From: Trichoplax sp. H2
Taxonomy: Eukaryota
Direction of reading: 5' to 3'
Length of the DNA stretch: 64,000 bases
Assembly: GCA_003344405.1 (NCBI GenBank)
Contig: NOWV01000016.1
Span: 62,001-126,000 of the forward strand
A program made the position numbers and the translations under genes. Each line of letters opens with the position of its first letter. Positions within the stretch are counted from its first letter, which is position 1. Positions 1 through 13,699 of this stretch are shown one piece after another. The notes below the pieces were generated by a model. The model ran no database searches, was not told the DNA's origin, and was given only the letters and a program-made list of their open reading frames with translations.

Positions 1-619
1 GTTCGTGTCACTCTGAAGGCAACAATCTCATCCTTATTGCTAGTTCGGTAACGAGTAATCTATAAATGCCTTTATTGAAATATTTATTATTTTTTAATGT
101 ACATAACTATTTTTGATATCAATGATAGCTGCAGATATACATGCTTGTACGCACAGTCTAGTACACATTTTAATAAACAGTACTTGTTGCTATACCACGT
201 TATATCATTTCAATGACATGTACTGGTAAAAGTTGGAATATTACCTCAAAGAAATTACCTTATTTTACATGCGCTCTTAGGCATTGGTAATAAATATTCT
301 ACACTTACCTACTGCTACATATTCACAAAGATTATTCACTGCTACTATACTATCACTTTATTATGCCCATTGATAAGGTGGCATCTACTAGCTTCTAAAT
401 TAAAGAATTAAAATGAAGCGTCTAGTCTAAGAACATCTCATGATAGATATTAGGATGATACATAACTAAAAGTGTAACTGTGCTGCAATACCTTGATTAA
501 AACTTTTTAACATAATACGTAAATATACTGTATACTTTCTTAATTGATCAGTGGTAATCCTATAAAATAGTAAAACATAAAAATTGCATGCTAGAGCAAG
601 TGATCCGTAGGTGGTAGGT

Positions 620-3231
620 TTACTTCTTCTTCTTCTTAGATCGGATTTTCTTCTTCGTTTTAGAATCAACTATTAATTGCGACTGTCGTTTAAGCGCATC
701 ACGTGTTACAATGTCTTCATCTTCTCCACTATCTTCCTCTTCTGCAATGTCAAGTGAATACAGTTATCATAAGTAACAATATAATTACAGCCCAAAATCA
801 TTAGATATTTTGTTGCACTACTTATAACATGGCACTATGCTATATTAATCGTACGATTGATTGTAACTTCATCTTACCGTCATATACGTCCCCAATGCCG
901 TAATTATTATAAACTACTGGTAGTTTAATACGAGTATTATGTTGCGGTAATTTGTTAACCAGGGTAGAATGATACTGTAAATAAATAATTAAATTTTTGG
1001 TTAATATTTACGAAATCATTGAATTTGTTTACATAATGATTCCTATAGTCGAATTTTAGTACCTCCTCCAGTTCCATTTGCTTTTCGAGTTCCTTCATAT
1101 CTCTTCCATCTAATTCTTCCATCAACTTAAGCAATTTTTGCTCGCATGTGCCCAGTAAATCTAATGTGTACTCATCTGACGTTGGCGAAAGTTGTGCTTG
1201 TGGCACATGCCCTTTAGGAACTTTAATATGGGCTAATTTATCGGCTAAATGTTCTATTCCAGCTTTAACATTAACTAATACGCGAGCAGCACGTTCTTGC
1301 CTAACTTTAGCATCTTGATATCGAGTTTCTTCTGATCCCAGATGAGCTTGAAATTCTTCAAGCATTCTTTCACCGCTCGATAATTTCGCTTCACCACTAT
1401 ATTTCATGGTCTCAAACTCTTCCTGTAACTTTTCCTTTTCTTCCCGCAAGCGAACTAAAGTTTTCTCATTGTTCGATTTGAGCTGTAGTAAATGTTGCTG
1501 AGTATTTCCTTGCGACAAGAATCTTTGAACAACTTCTTTAATGTCAGATACACCAGTGGCATCTTTAATTTTTCGCATTGCATCTTCATAGGTTGTTATT
1601 TTTCGTTCTTGTTCTTCCATATTGACTGTAGGTCTATCTAGGTTACCAATTAAGTCATCCGATTGAAGAGATGCACGTTGTAGCCGTTTCTCAACTTTTT
1701 CGTGCTGACTCTTCTTTTCTTCAGCCTGTTTCTTGTACTTGGCAAGTACGCCCTCGCGATCACGTCGCGCATCATAAGTTGAACTCTCTAGTTTAGATAG
1801 CTCGGACTAAAAATCGATAACAAAAATATAAGCATATATTAATTGATGCTGAACTAAGTATTGCACAATCAGATGTTTGCGTTTACCTTGGCAGAATCTC
1901 GAGCAATTTGAGCATCCCTGTTAGTGGCTTGAAGTTCATCATAATGCATCTTTTGGTGTTTTATTTGTTTCTCTAAGGTGTCAAGTTCATTTGGAAATGT
2001 TTGTCGCTCCTGTTATAACGAATATTAGGGAAATAGATAAATATATGGAATATCTATTGACTACTCTCTTAGTTTATCGAAACATTACCTCTTTCAATTT
2101 TTCAAGAATTAAAATATAAGTTTTATGCATTCGTTGAGATTCAGTGATCTTCAACTCAGCCTTATCTAATCGATTTTCCAACATTCTAAGGGTCTAGAAA
2201 GGCAATAGATTATTATCACTTATATTATAAATTCTTTATTAGTGCATTTGTTGCTAGGGATACAATTTTTATAATGTAGAAGACGTTTTTAGTAAGCTCA
2301 AATGCAAAGCAGCAGATGTTTGCTAAGACTTACTTGTCCCTCAGCTGATTCTCCCAAATCTGTCTTGCTCATTGCAGTATATTCACTCAGCATTTCACCA
2401 AATTTCTTCTGAAGTTCTTCAAGCTCTGATTCTTTCCTTAGTCGTTCAGAATGCATTGCATTATATCTTTTTCTGGTCTCACAAACTTTCTGATCCATTT
2501 TAGATAGGGCAGTCTGATGATTAAAAAATGGAAAGTAGTGAATGAACTAGTATTTGCCGTATAAGAACTTTAAGGAAAGTAAGATTAATGGTACTATCAT
2601 ATTTAAGTAACATTAGTATTACCTTAGATGCCATTCCTTTCGTTGCTAATCGTACTTCCTTACGATCAGAAAATGCTTGTTCGACGACCCTTTCATCACC
2701 CTAAATTAAAAGTAAAAATATAATGCTTTTAATATAGATTTTACTTTATCAGAATATATGGCAGGAAAAATTTATGAGCTTACGGCTAATTTCTTCGCTA
2801 ATTCGAGTCGTAGCTCTCTATTATTGCGTCTTAGCTTTGAAACAATTTCCTTGTTCTTTTTCATAGTCCATTGCGAACTTTCGTAATAAGCTTTGCGATC
2901 GCCATCTATTAATTACGACAGATATAGATGAACTCTGAATGTCATAGACTCACAGTGCAGATAATTATCGATTGATGATATTACAAATTTATTCGATTGA
3001 TAATGAACTATCCTGGCAACAGTCTTATTTGCTGTACATCATGTATAGTACATCAACTGAAACTAGCTATCATCCGACTAATCCATAATCTAAGTAATCA
3101 GTGATAATGAAAAATGAAATCTTTGAAATATTGATATACGGTACAGGATTAGACGATACTAATATCAAAAGTAGCTTACCCAAAAGGGAGATCTTCCTTT
3201 TCAGTTCTTCAATTTCGTCTGTCACTGTCAT
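620..3231 (-). CDS. CCDC151: Outer dynein arm docking complex subunit 3 (CCDC151), multi-exon coiled-coil ciliary protein
   Basis: Spliced minus-strand exons give MTVTDEIEELKRKISLL|DGDRKAYYESSQWTMKKNKEIVSKLRRNN..., include ORFs 2298-2498 and 955-1620 (KIKDATGVSDIKEVVQRFLSQ, KYSGEAKL), and end ...EDIVTRDALKRQSQLIVDSKTKKKIRSKKKKK*. ATG at 3231, TAA at 620-622, GT-AG boundaries. Confidence 0.92.
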
Positions 3232-3505
3232 TGTAGCAGTTTAATATGATCTTCTGAATGGAAATGGGTAAGATCTTCAATTGGCTATTTTGATATTTTT
3301 TATTTATCCTTGATCTATCTTCAATAATATAATCTACAGCCCACCTTCTTTCAAATTTTTAACTATGACTGTCAAGACTGGAATAAGATCCTGGATTATC
3401 AGCGTAAGTATAAGCCTGTTTTGTTTTTTGATATCAACTTTAATACTAAAATAAAGCGGACACACACTGCATAGGCTGCAGTATTTATGATTGTTGGCTT
3501 GATAG

Positions 3506-3519
3506 GTTACCTTGGTAAC
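3506..3519. promoter_or_regulatory. RFX X-box motif upstream of CCDC151
   Basis: GTTACCTTGGTAAC is a 13/14 match to the palindromic X-box GTTRCCATGGYAAC, about 275 bp upstream of a motile-cilia gene ATG. Confidence 0.75.
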
Positions 3520-3648
3520 CAAAGATATTGACAATGCGCAGTGTATCTATACTACTATATAGCACTATGCTTACTGCAACGTTAACAGTAATTAGGGTGT
3601 AATTACTTTGCTGTAGAAGTGAAAAGAAAACTTGTATGAATTGCTGCA

Positions 3649-3770
3649 TGTACAGTACTAGTAGTACAGTATAATACAGTACTGTACTGTACAGTACAGT
3701 ATTCATTACAGTATTTAGCCAAACTCATATTGTACCGTACGAATACAGTACATTGTACACTGGACTCGTA
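3649..3770. repeat. TACAG/CTGTA pentamer cluster in the divergent CCDC151/TXNL4B promoter
   Basis: e.g. tacagtactagtagtacagtataatacagtactgtactgtacagtacagta. Confidence 0.8.
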
Positions 3771-3999
3771 CCTGCGCACTGAGCTCGCTTGGCATGATTT
3801 GGCCTTCTCGATCCAGAATGAGGGATTCCGGATACCTTGATCAATTGTAAATAGTCGTAGTTTGCATTATTGAGATTCAATCTTATAGAGATTCACTGTT
3901 CCCTTTCAGTTCGTCATTGAATAGTATATCATAAAGTGCCATACTATCATTCTTTCTTGTATCGATTTATATCAAGGACGAATTGGTAAATTAGACAGG

Positions 4000-5091
4000 A
4001 TGAGTTTTTTACTATCTAAATTACAAAGCAAGAAAGAAGTAGATCATGCAATAAGATCGACAACGGAAAAGGTCTTGGTTTTAAGGTTCGGGCATGAAAC
4101 AGATATGGTCTGCATGCAATTAGATGATATTGTAAGTATAAGGATGATCTTTTTTATCTAGACTTTACTATAAGTCGATTTATAAATTGATTTGATCATC
4201 ATGATGCTACCCAAGCCTTAACGTCATAATAATAGATTAACGCGAGAGTCATTATGAATGAAATGCGATAACATTTTTGTGGCATTCCTATTAAATCATA
4301 ATACTGTGCATGTTTTGCATAAAGCTTGAATACTATCATACCCACTAGGCCAATATTCTCTTCTAATTCTGAGAATAAATATAAAAGATTCGCTTTATTC
4401 TGTTTGCGTAATACTAGCTGTAGTGTCGTAAAGCATAAGAAAACTTTGGATCTTGTTGTTTAACTCACGTACACTTTTATCGACTAGTTAATGAAAACTC
4501 AAGAGAGGTTGGCTAAAATGGCAACGATATACACTATTGATGCAGATACTGTGCCCATATATATCAAATATTTCGATATTACAATTTTACCAGCCACGGT
4601 ATTCTTTTTCAATGCTCAACACATGAAAGTTGATTTCGGGTAAGTGTAATTGTAATGGAGTAAAAGTACAAGTATATGCTATGCTATCATAAACCTCTTC
4701 TAGTATGCGTATTGATGAAATTATCAGGCTTCTGATAATCACGCGTGATTTTGCGTTCAAATAGAGCGTACATATTGCGATTCCTTCAGTAATCTAGTAC
4801 AGTATCGTACTATACTCATTCAATAAGTGACTTTGTATGTCCATAGAATGTGTTAGGTATATACGCTTATATATCTATTAATTATCGTTAATCGAGTGTT
4901 TTTCTATAAATGTCTCCTTTTCTAGAACTGCCGATCATACAAAATTTATCGGTAGTTTTAAAACTAAGCAAAATTTCATTGACCTGATCGAAGTTATATA
5001 CCGTGGCGCTATGAGAGGAAAATATATTGTAACTAGCCCGATCGATCCTCAAGATATACCAAAATTTGACTTACTATATAAAGGATACTAG
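4000..5091 (+). CDS. TXNL4B: Thioredoxin-like protein 4B (Dim2), spliceosomal; 3 coding exons 4000-4131, 4488-4639, 4926-5091
   Basis: [59 protein letters not shown]...[68 protein letters not shown]. The DHTKF and RGAMRGK motifs are Dim2-type rather than Dim1-type. Confidence 0.96.
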
Positions 5092-6503
5092 AAGCACCGG
5101 CAAATAAAGCGAATATATTTATAGTACGGAATTCACCTTGATTTATCTTCATGTACAGGACAATAAACTAAAAACTTTAGAAAATATAATAAATCCCTAT
5201 ACTGTATATTCTACGTGTCTCTGTACATAATGTATATAATTTATTGTATGATTTACAATGCAGTGCAAAGAAACTGTCACATTTACCGAATATTCTGTTT
5301 TATATATTACCGCCTTTATTCCCAATTACATGTATTGAGGTTGTTGGATAGGTAAAACTAGCCGAATCTACTACCTCTTAGTCATAACTTCTATTGGAAA
5401 AACTTCTTCTCGTCAAAGGGCGTATAAAAATCTCTCGATACTTAAGTATTTTATCAATCAATTTTGACCGGTACAACTAGGGGCAAACATGTAAATTTAT
5501 GTATCAAGGTTTAATATGCATCAATCAGTCTCACATTGCTATTATCTATCACATATTTGTTTGTAAATGCACGTTGTACTTCTACTACATTTGTTCTGTT
5601 TAAACTGTTGGAAATAAAATCTAATTCCTCTATATTACTAACTTACTTCAAGCTCTAATATCGTATATTAAAAAGTTGTTTTAAAAAAAATGAATTTCCA
5701 ATTGAACCCTAAGCCTTCCTATTTAGTTAGCTAATTTAAAATTTTACAGAAATATGAATTTAATAAAATTCTTACTAAGTTAATATACATTTTACTGGAA
5801 TCATATTCAATAGACTCCGGATATTGAACTCTTTTTGACTTTTTATTCGGTTGTATTATTCTTCATTAATTTCCTATCCATAATGTGGATAGCTTCTTCA
5901 TGGTTATTTTTTTAACTGAATTTAAAGCTTGCATTTTGACAAATGTTTACATAGAAGTACCGATCCGGTTTGCTTAAACAGATATTTTTACAACTGTATT
6001 TGTTAGAGCAATGTCTTACACAAGTATCACTCTAATTTTTAAATAGCGTTATCTCCCAATTATTGGATAATGATCATTAACAAAGAATGATAGATCGGGT
6101 TGAATGTACACTATACGTAGTCGTAATGCAGAAGAAGTCCTTATAATTTACAATCGTCCAAATTTACTGCTTTTAACGCTCGGCATTACGTTGGCACTAC
6201 ATTGCGTCAAGAAAATTGCTATATATCACCTCCATTAGGATTAGTTATACTTATTGCAATATAGATTTGCCAATATTTTTGAGCAAGATCAAATAAACAC
6301 AGCTTTATACACTTTCCATTCCATTGAAATTATTCGAGATTCGTAGCATAAAGTGCAACGATACCAGCAATGTTATAAATTTTTAAGTAATACTTAATAC
6401 CAGTTTTCCTTCGTAGCTAATTAGCATGATATTAGTTCCTATATACGTGTACATATATATGTATATATATTTATATGTAACATAGAGCCAAGAATCTAAC
6501 GTT

Positions 6504-9500
6504 TTATGGTTCATGAAACCAAGGTAGTTGAAAGTGTGTTGGTGGAAGCGGCTGACAATGTACTGCTTCAAAATCAATGACATATTTCGTAACCTAATAT
6601 GGGTAATACAATGTAGAGGATTTAGACTCTTAAAAATATATAATATCATATCTGTTATAAAAATTTCTACTAACTAAAAATAAAAGTATTTGAATTTTTG
6701 ATCCAAACTCCAAATCTTTTCCTTAAATAAGTAAATAATACAGGTTGAATAATAGTACAATTAAAGTAAAGTAATGTAATAGTAAATTGTAATAAATACG
6801 TTACCTATTTCCATCGGAAATTGAATTCCATGTTTAATTACGTACTGATCCATGTAAGTCTCAGCACGGATATCCTTCTCAAAATTAAGACTATCCCATA
6901 CAGCTCCTACAAGAGATAGATCGGAATAATATCATTACATCAATTTAGCACGTCGACACCATAAATCAGATAGTTGCAAAATCCAAACAGGATAGATAAA
7001 GTCGCTTACTTCTGCCTTCTTTGTCATCAGCCGAGAGCCAGGCACGAATAATTGGCATGCTCTCATCATCAAACAAATAGGGATACCTAAAATTGGATTC
7101 AATTAAGCGTATAGTGCCTTCATTCTTTAATGTGATGAAGATAAAACGTTACTACCGCGAACCTCGACATTAGCAATTGTATGGCTAAGTCGTTTCCTCT
7201 ATTTGTTCGAATGTCCCCAGGTCTGGTTGAGAGGGATACTAGATTAGATTGTACAGAGTACTTGATAAATTAAATTTAACCATAGTCTACTTACACAATA
7301 GAAACTATTTCATCGCGTAAGCGTCTTATAAATAGCACAGGCCCGTGATACCTTTCAAATTGTAACCATCAAACGTCATAATTAATATTGCAAGCTCGAA
7401 TTATATCGAATACATGCATCAATTTAGTCATACTCTGATAACTGTTCGGCAATATTCAAATTTAGATAGTCCGTAACTGTTGACTTCGTTAAATTGCCTT
7501 AATAAGAAATAATAATAGCATTTAAGGATATTACTATATCGAGTGAAATTTGTTCGAAAAATTAACTAACAGAGACTTTCGGGCATTCTGTCGACTGCTA
7601 ATGGAATCAAATGATCAAAGCTGGCGTCTAAGATCTACCATGTAAATATTAAAGGAATTAAAGAAAGCTATTAAAAATTTGCACCCCTTTGCTAAATATG
7701 AAATATTGCACAATATCAAAAGAATACTAACAACTGCTTTTACATTCGGGTATAACATAGCGCCTGCAGAAGCACAATAACCTCCTATGATTAATTATAA
7801 TTTAAAAAAAGTGTAAATAAGCCAGTACTATTTTAAGGCTAAAGAACATGAACGGTAAATGAATCTAATCGTAAATTAAAGAATTTTACCTATCGACCAC
7901 GAATATAATACAATGTTTTTTATCTCAAACTTTAGTGATGACACAGCGTAAGAAATTACAGCATCAATAGCTAATTTTTCAGATTTGGGAAACGGCAAGC
8001 CCTACAAATTAAAAGAGTACCCGTTTATCAAACAGATCCATATCTATAATTGACTTTGTACATTAATATATCACATAATGAAACAAATCATACGATTGCT
8101 GGTAGTTTAGTGTAATTATTCATAAATCTATTAATAACTTTACCGAACTATTGGCAAACCCAGGGTGGTTCCATCCCAAAACGGAATATCCACCTGATTG
8201 AATGACATTAACAACATGAATTAATAAAATTTTTGAATTATTCAAGGATACATTACGTTCTAATGAAAAGAATAGATTTCTCACATGCTAAAGGTGTTTC
8301 CATGCAACCAACTTCGTAATATCCTGCATTACCTTCCGAGCAAATAACCTAAATAGACATGAAATTTTATCGATCGTTAAATACTATTTTTTCATTTACA
8401 AGATCAACGTAATATTAATATTACATACCAAGATTTCACCATTCTCTTCAATACTATTTCGTCTATCCACAAATACAGAGTCAAGATTATTACCGTCAGC
8501 CGTTCGAAGTTTAGCTCTTTTACCACCAAACTAATAATAATTATTATAACCGATTATTAATTATACACTGTAGTGCTTTTCGATACCTGTTTATTGAAGT
8601 ATTGAAAAAGCGTCAGGTTATCATTACAACTTTACAGACCTCTTCAACGAGCTTTCGACGTCCCTCATCAAGATATTCCCCTGTTAACGTTGAGTTATTA
8701 TAAAAATATAAGAGTACAAAAGATATTTTATTGATAACTAATAGCTATGATATCAACAATACCTATGACTGCTTGAAGAAAAGACGTAGACCCAGGAAAA
8801 ACTGCCCTTCGACCGAATAAATGAGCTAAACAATACCTGATAGCATATTCACTACTTAATAATTGAATTTTTAAGTACGAATATGATGTCTAGTACATTT
8901 ACACGTATACGTACAATACTTACTTCGTAATTTCAATAGGATAGTTCTTTACTACAGAACCTGGATTACGACTACCATTTTTATTACTGCACGATTCTGG
9001 AGTTAATTTCGTTTGAGCACTACATAGACCAGAAAGCGTATATAATATAATATATAAAAAAATAAATGGAATTGAATCATTTAAACAATTAATCTAATAT
9101 GAAAAATTAAGAATATACCAAACTTACCCAGTTTTACAGTCAGGCTTATAATAGTCAACAGGCCATGCTTTAAAGTCAAAGTCGTATTGAGCAAGCATAT
9201 TCTGTTTTAAAAATACAACCACAGATTTATAAGTTAAGAAAAACATAAAGTATAAGTTTTCTTATTAATAAGGACACATTCACTCTGACAGGTATACCAG
9301 TCAATGATCGATACTCAAAACACGATTAAAGTAATACCCTAGCTCTTGAACTTGGTTCACTCTTCTCCGATTCTCTCAAGATTTTGATAAATTTGCTGTA
9401 CTCATTATCGTTATAACGTGCTAGGCCTGCCGGTCAACAAATAGATAACGTTATTATTCTGATGCTAGATATTATATATACGAGCAATTGTTCATTGTAA

Positions 9501-11964
9501 TTTCACATCTTATCATAAAAAAAGGCGTCTTGAGATAGTTGATCTAGAACGATATATAAATTTCACATTGACAGACAACATATGTTTTACTACACAGATG
9601 TACTGTAATGCATAGTATTCATTAAGTAGTGATAAATGATGAGTCTCGAATAATGAACTGCTTTTAGCTACAATACCTACCCATAGATCTTTGGTAATTA
9701 TTTACTACTAATGTACAATTTTCTACTTCCTTTTATCATTAGATCTTATTCTTGTGTCATTATAATTGATATATGACCTTAAGGCATTTAGTAGTTATTA
9801 AATACTATAATAAGTGATATGTTCTATTAATTAAGATTAATACTGTATGTTGTAGAATGTAATTATCTAGTTTATGCATTCGATTCAATACCTCTTAATA
9901 AGTATAGCGATGTTAATAAGGTGCCAATTGATCCTAAAGCTTGTTTACTCAAAATCGGTACTAGTACTTGATGAATAGTGTAGTCTAAAATAAGAATTAT
10001 TAAGAAAGCAATTTTCAAGAGGGTTGTTTGTGTATTTTAAATTACAGTTAATCAACGATATAATCTCATATCTTGACTTACCGTTTCGATATAGGTAAAT
10101 GCCAATGAAGGGCAAGTTATAATAGACTAAATTTGTTACAAAGGATATCTATAATTGCAATTAGTTACAGTGGTGAGAACTTTAAATTTATTATTTATTT
10201 CTCATATATGAAAGAAGCCATAATCTACAGTAATCCTAGTCTGCATATTTTTACGCACAATTATATTATACAAAAAATTTCGAACTTCTTCGACACAGTA
10301 TGTATATTGCAGATACACTGCAAATATATATATATATACATACTCATCAATATTTTACAAGCCCTGCATACTGGACATATCACATTTCCTTACCAATCTT
10401 AATAGCCTGTTGCAGTGACGCTCAATCGCATTACCGTGATACTTGTTACCCTAGTAAATTATGTCACAAAATCAGTATTAATATTTACCATAGAATCGAG
10501 TTTATCTTATACGCAATTTCGTAAACAAGGTCAAAATAATACACGTTTATAAAAGGACATGAATATGAATCACATCATATACGTTGCATATTAGTCTTAG
10601 GTTTTTATAACGCCCTACATATAAATTGGTATAATTTAATAATAATATACCTAAGAAATGTTCTAAACGGCTGCTAGCAATATTATTTCATTTTGGCTTG
10701 CTATGATTACGTATGCATGCGTATATGCACATAACAGATAGCTAACACTTTAATCATCATAGTATAACAGGATTCTTCAATTCCGGGTGATTATTATTCT
10801 CATCCATTTAAGCGACGCTATACAGTAGATGTTATTCGATGAGACTAAATGATAGTAAATAATTAATTACAATCCGACGAGAATATCACTGCTCTAGTAG
10901 CTGACCGTATTCTATGTATAGTAAGAAATTTGGTAAGATGGTTTAATTTTCATTATATTATAGTAAATGTAAATTGCCAGTAATCAGAGGATCACTAAAT
11001 TATCAATAACTATTGTATGTATACTATCGTCGATCACGAGAAGTGAATTAATTGATTCGTTGTAAGATATAATAATCCTCATTCTGCCGTATGCCGTATA
11101 GTATAATTACGATCTGATGATAACCCCACTTTGCAGTGTAGGTATAAATTCGCATAGAAGACAATCAAAATAAGGACATACAGAGATACCTCTACTAAAT
11201 AGGATAGAATCGTTGGAAGAATTAATTAGAATAAACTTTTGCTATAGTTGTGCAGTACTATTAAGAGATGGAATAAGCACGAGGATATCCAATTTTGATC
11301 ATTGCATCGGTGTCTGAATTGTCAAGAGTAGTGACAATCACTTTACACACAGGCGTTCAGTTGTAGTACGAATACAAGATGCTCTTTGGTTGAATGAAGA
11401 GATTATCTGGATGGACTGCTCGTTGCTATCGTTAGACTGATGAATATCGCTCGATCATTTGTGAGATTCTTGATAACAATGGCTGTCATTTCCAACACAT
11501 TGATACTAGTGTATCGAGAGTTGATAATATATTATTCTTGAATTGAATGAACATATTGTAGGCGCTTATTAGATTGCTTTATTCGTTCATGGTAGTCAGT
11601 AGAGTCATTACTTTCGATGAGATATGATCATATTGTATTTTCAAGACCGTCGTTGCTAATCTATTCTCTACTTTCGTCGTACAGTACAATTGAATATAAG
11701 AGTAGAAATCCCTTGATCATGTAGAGATGATATTATACAAGTGTAGACAGATTCTAGAAGTGGATGTACTTGTAGTCTATGTGTTATGCACAGGTAGCAC
11801 CTAAATGCAATTTGCAAGCAAAGATTGGACTCTTTAACTGTAGCGTTACTCTAGGATAGGGACTTTTTCATTACCTTTTTATCTTTAGTACCATAAATAT
11901 AGTGCAATTTAGGTCCAAACAAATAATGATGAAAAGCCTGCAATCCAGTAAGTCTGTCTGCCAT
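6504..11964 (-). CDS. ABHD16A: Alpha/beta hydrolase ABHD16A (BAT5, phosphatidylserine lipase), roughly 20 short exons
   Basis: First exon MADRLTGLQAFHHYLFGPKLHYIYGTKDKK. Internal exons include YCLAHLFGRRAVFPGS, ICSEGNAGYYEVGCM, GWNHPGFA and nucleophile motif YSWSIG|GY. Last exon VTKYVIDFEAVHCQPLPPTHFQLPWFHEP* (TAA 6504-6506). An expected exon between 10160 and 11870 was not resolved. Confidence 0.93.
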
Positions 11965-12059
11965 AGTCTTGAGCCGATATTGCTAATTCTTCGACAATAC
12001 TGGTCAGTAGTTTGGACAAAGTCTCCCCAGAAATTATTCGATTTCCAGAATAAACTACC

Positions 12060-12265
12060 GTACCGTGCTGTACCTTACTGTGCAACCACGCATACCGTAC
12101 AGTGCAGCATAGGAGTTAAACACTGTACGACATCGAGTTTTATGCGTTTACTACGGTACAGTACGCCAACTCCCTTCTGGGCCAACATACAGTACAGTAC
12201 AGTACTGTACAGTAGATTTCAGTGTACAGTACAGTACTCCCGAAAGTTGCTAGTACTGTACACTG
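12060..12265. repeat. TACAG/CTGTA cluster upstream of ABHD16A
   Basis: atacagtacagtacagtactgtacagtag...gtgtacagtacagtac...gtactgtacactgtag. Confidence 0.8.
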
Positions 12266-12269
12266 TAGG

Positions 12270-12700
12270 ACTTTTTGCAGTTCTTACTGCACTCGGATAC
12301 TGCAATAACATTTTCTACGTAGGAAAGGGCAGTGAAAAGTATTTCTCTCTCAATGACAGCTTAGCGCTTTCTGGAAATGAAAGTATATTGTGTCATTTTA
12401 TACCATTTTATACGTAGGGAAAGGCAGTGAAAAGTAGTTCTCTCTCAATGACAGCTTAGCGCTTTCTGGAAATGAAAGTATATTGTGTCATTTTATACCA
12501 TTTTATACGTAGGGAAAGGCAGTGAAAAGTAGTTCTCTCTCAATGACAGCTTAGCGCTTTCTGGAAATGAAAGTATATACTTCTGCAGTTGTTACTGCAG
12601 TCGGATACTGTGTCATTTTATACCATTTTATACGTAGGGAAGGGCAATGAGAAGTATTTCTCTCTCAATGACAGCTTAGCGCTTTCTGGAAATGAAAGTT
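12270..12700. repeat. Minisatellite, about 95-125 bp unit, 4 copies
   Basis: Unit tacgtagggaaaggcagtgaaaagtagttctctctcaatgacagcttagcgctttctggaaatgaaagta... starts at 12316, 12411, 12506 and 12631. Confidence 0.95.
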
Positions 12701-12940
12701 ATCTATTTCGATCACATATAGAACGAAAATGTTAGGGTTGGGGACTTAGGGTACTGTATGTTAGCCCCGCAATTTCATCATCTTCTTAGTCTATTGTACG
12801 CTCTTCTACTGTAGTATATTCCTGTACTGTATGTACATTGAGTGTACAAGTCTCCCTTTTTATGTCGTTGTTTTGTTGCCGTAGTACAGTACATTCGCGA
12901 TCAATTTAGAGTCATTAAATGGAGTAAAATGTAACACGAA

Positions 12941-13282
12941 ACCGATAAAACCCGATCGAATGATTCATTTTTGAACCCGAAATGAGTGCAATTGCTATAC
13001 TATTCAAACACTTACTGTATCACTCTAGAAATTCTTAATCCGAATCCCCCCTCGAGTCGGCTTCAAGTCGGGTACCGATAAAACCCGATTAAATTATTCA
13101 TTTTTGAACCCGAAATGAGTGTAATTGCTATATTATACAAACACTTACTCTATCACTCTAGAAATTCTTAACCCGAATCCCCCTCGAGTCAGGTTCAAGT
13201 CGGGTACCGATAAAACCCGATCAAATTATTGATTTTTGAACCGAATCTCCCCTCAAGTCGGCTTCAAGTCGGGTTTCGGGTT
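12941..13282. repeat. Tandem repeat, about 133 bp unit, two full copies plus one internally deleted copy, rich in AACCCGA/TCGGGT motifs
   Basis: accgataaaacccgat starts at 12941, 13074 and 13206; each unit ends ttcaagtcgggt. Confidence 0.93.
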
Positions 13283-13699
13283 GACTTGGAAGGATACCGA
13301 TTATTATGCTGTACAGTAGAAGACTCTACTAACCAAGTACATGGTATATCGAACAGGATCAAATAGATGTTGATTATTATACAAGTAGAGAAAACGAACT
13401 CAAAGTGAAGACTACTCTACAGTGCTCTATACTTACAGTAAAAGAAAATTAGGATCCTTCCATCTGTATCCAGTACACTATATGGATATCGTTTTTTATT
13501 TGCAGCTAGCAGAAAACATGGCAATTCCATCAATTTTGTCAACCTTTCAGTATCCCTAAATCTATATGGAAGTTGAATAAATACAGTACAGTAAACAGAG
13601 CATAATGATACTGTATATACAGGCGTAAAACTTCTTCGATATTGGCTAAAACAGTGTGGAATAGAAATGCAAAGGTAGTAAATTTAGATACATATTGGA

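Noticed and set aside
1-65. Possible last codons of an upstream plus-strand gene
   Set aside because: Too short to assign a frame or identity.
10141-10148. ATATCCTT, a U12-type donor-like motif on the minus strand in ABHD16A
   Set aside because: It follows an AG acceptor and reads in frame as the exon start (ISFVTNLVYYN), so it is coding sequence, not a donor.
11902-12417. 171-aa plus-strand ORF (similarly the ORFs at 3485-3706, 33392-33859, 49494-49955 and 61504-61764)
   Set aside because: They run through TACAG/CTGTA promoter arrays, giving Y/S/T/V/Q/L/C-biased pseudo-peptides with no recognisable domain; some are antisense to real exons.
12270-12700. CRISPR-like appearance of regularly spaced repeats (also 53724-54260 and 61826-62125)
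   Set aside because: Whole units repeat with no unique spacers, there are no cas genes, and the context is eukaryotic.
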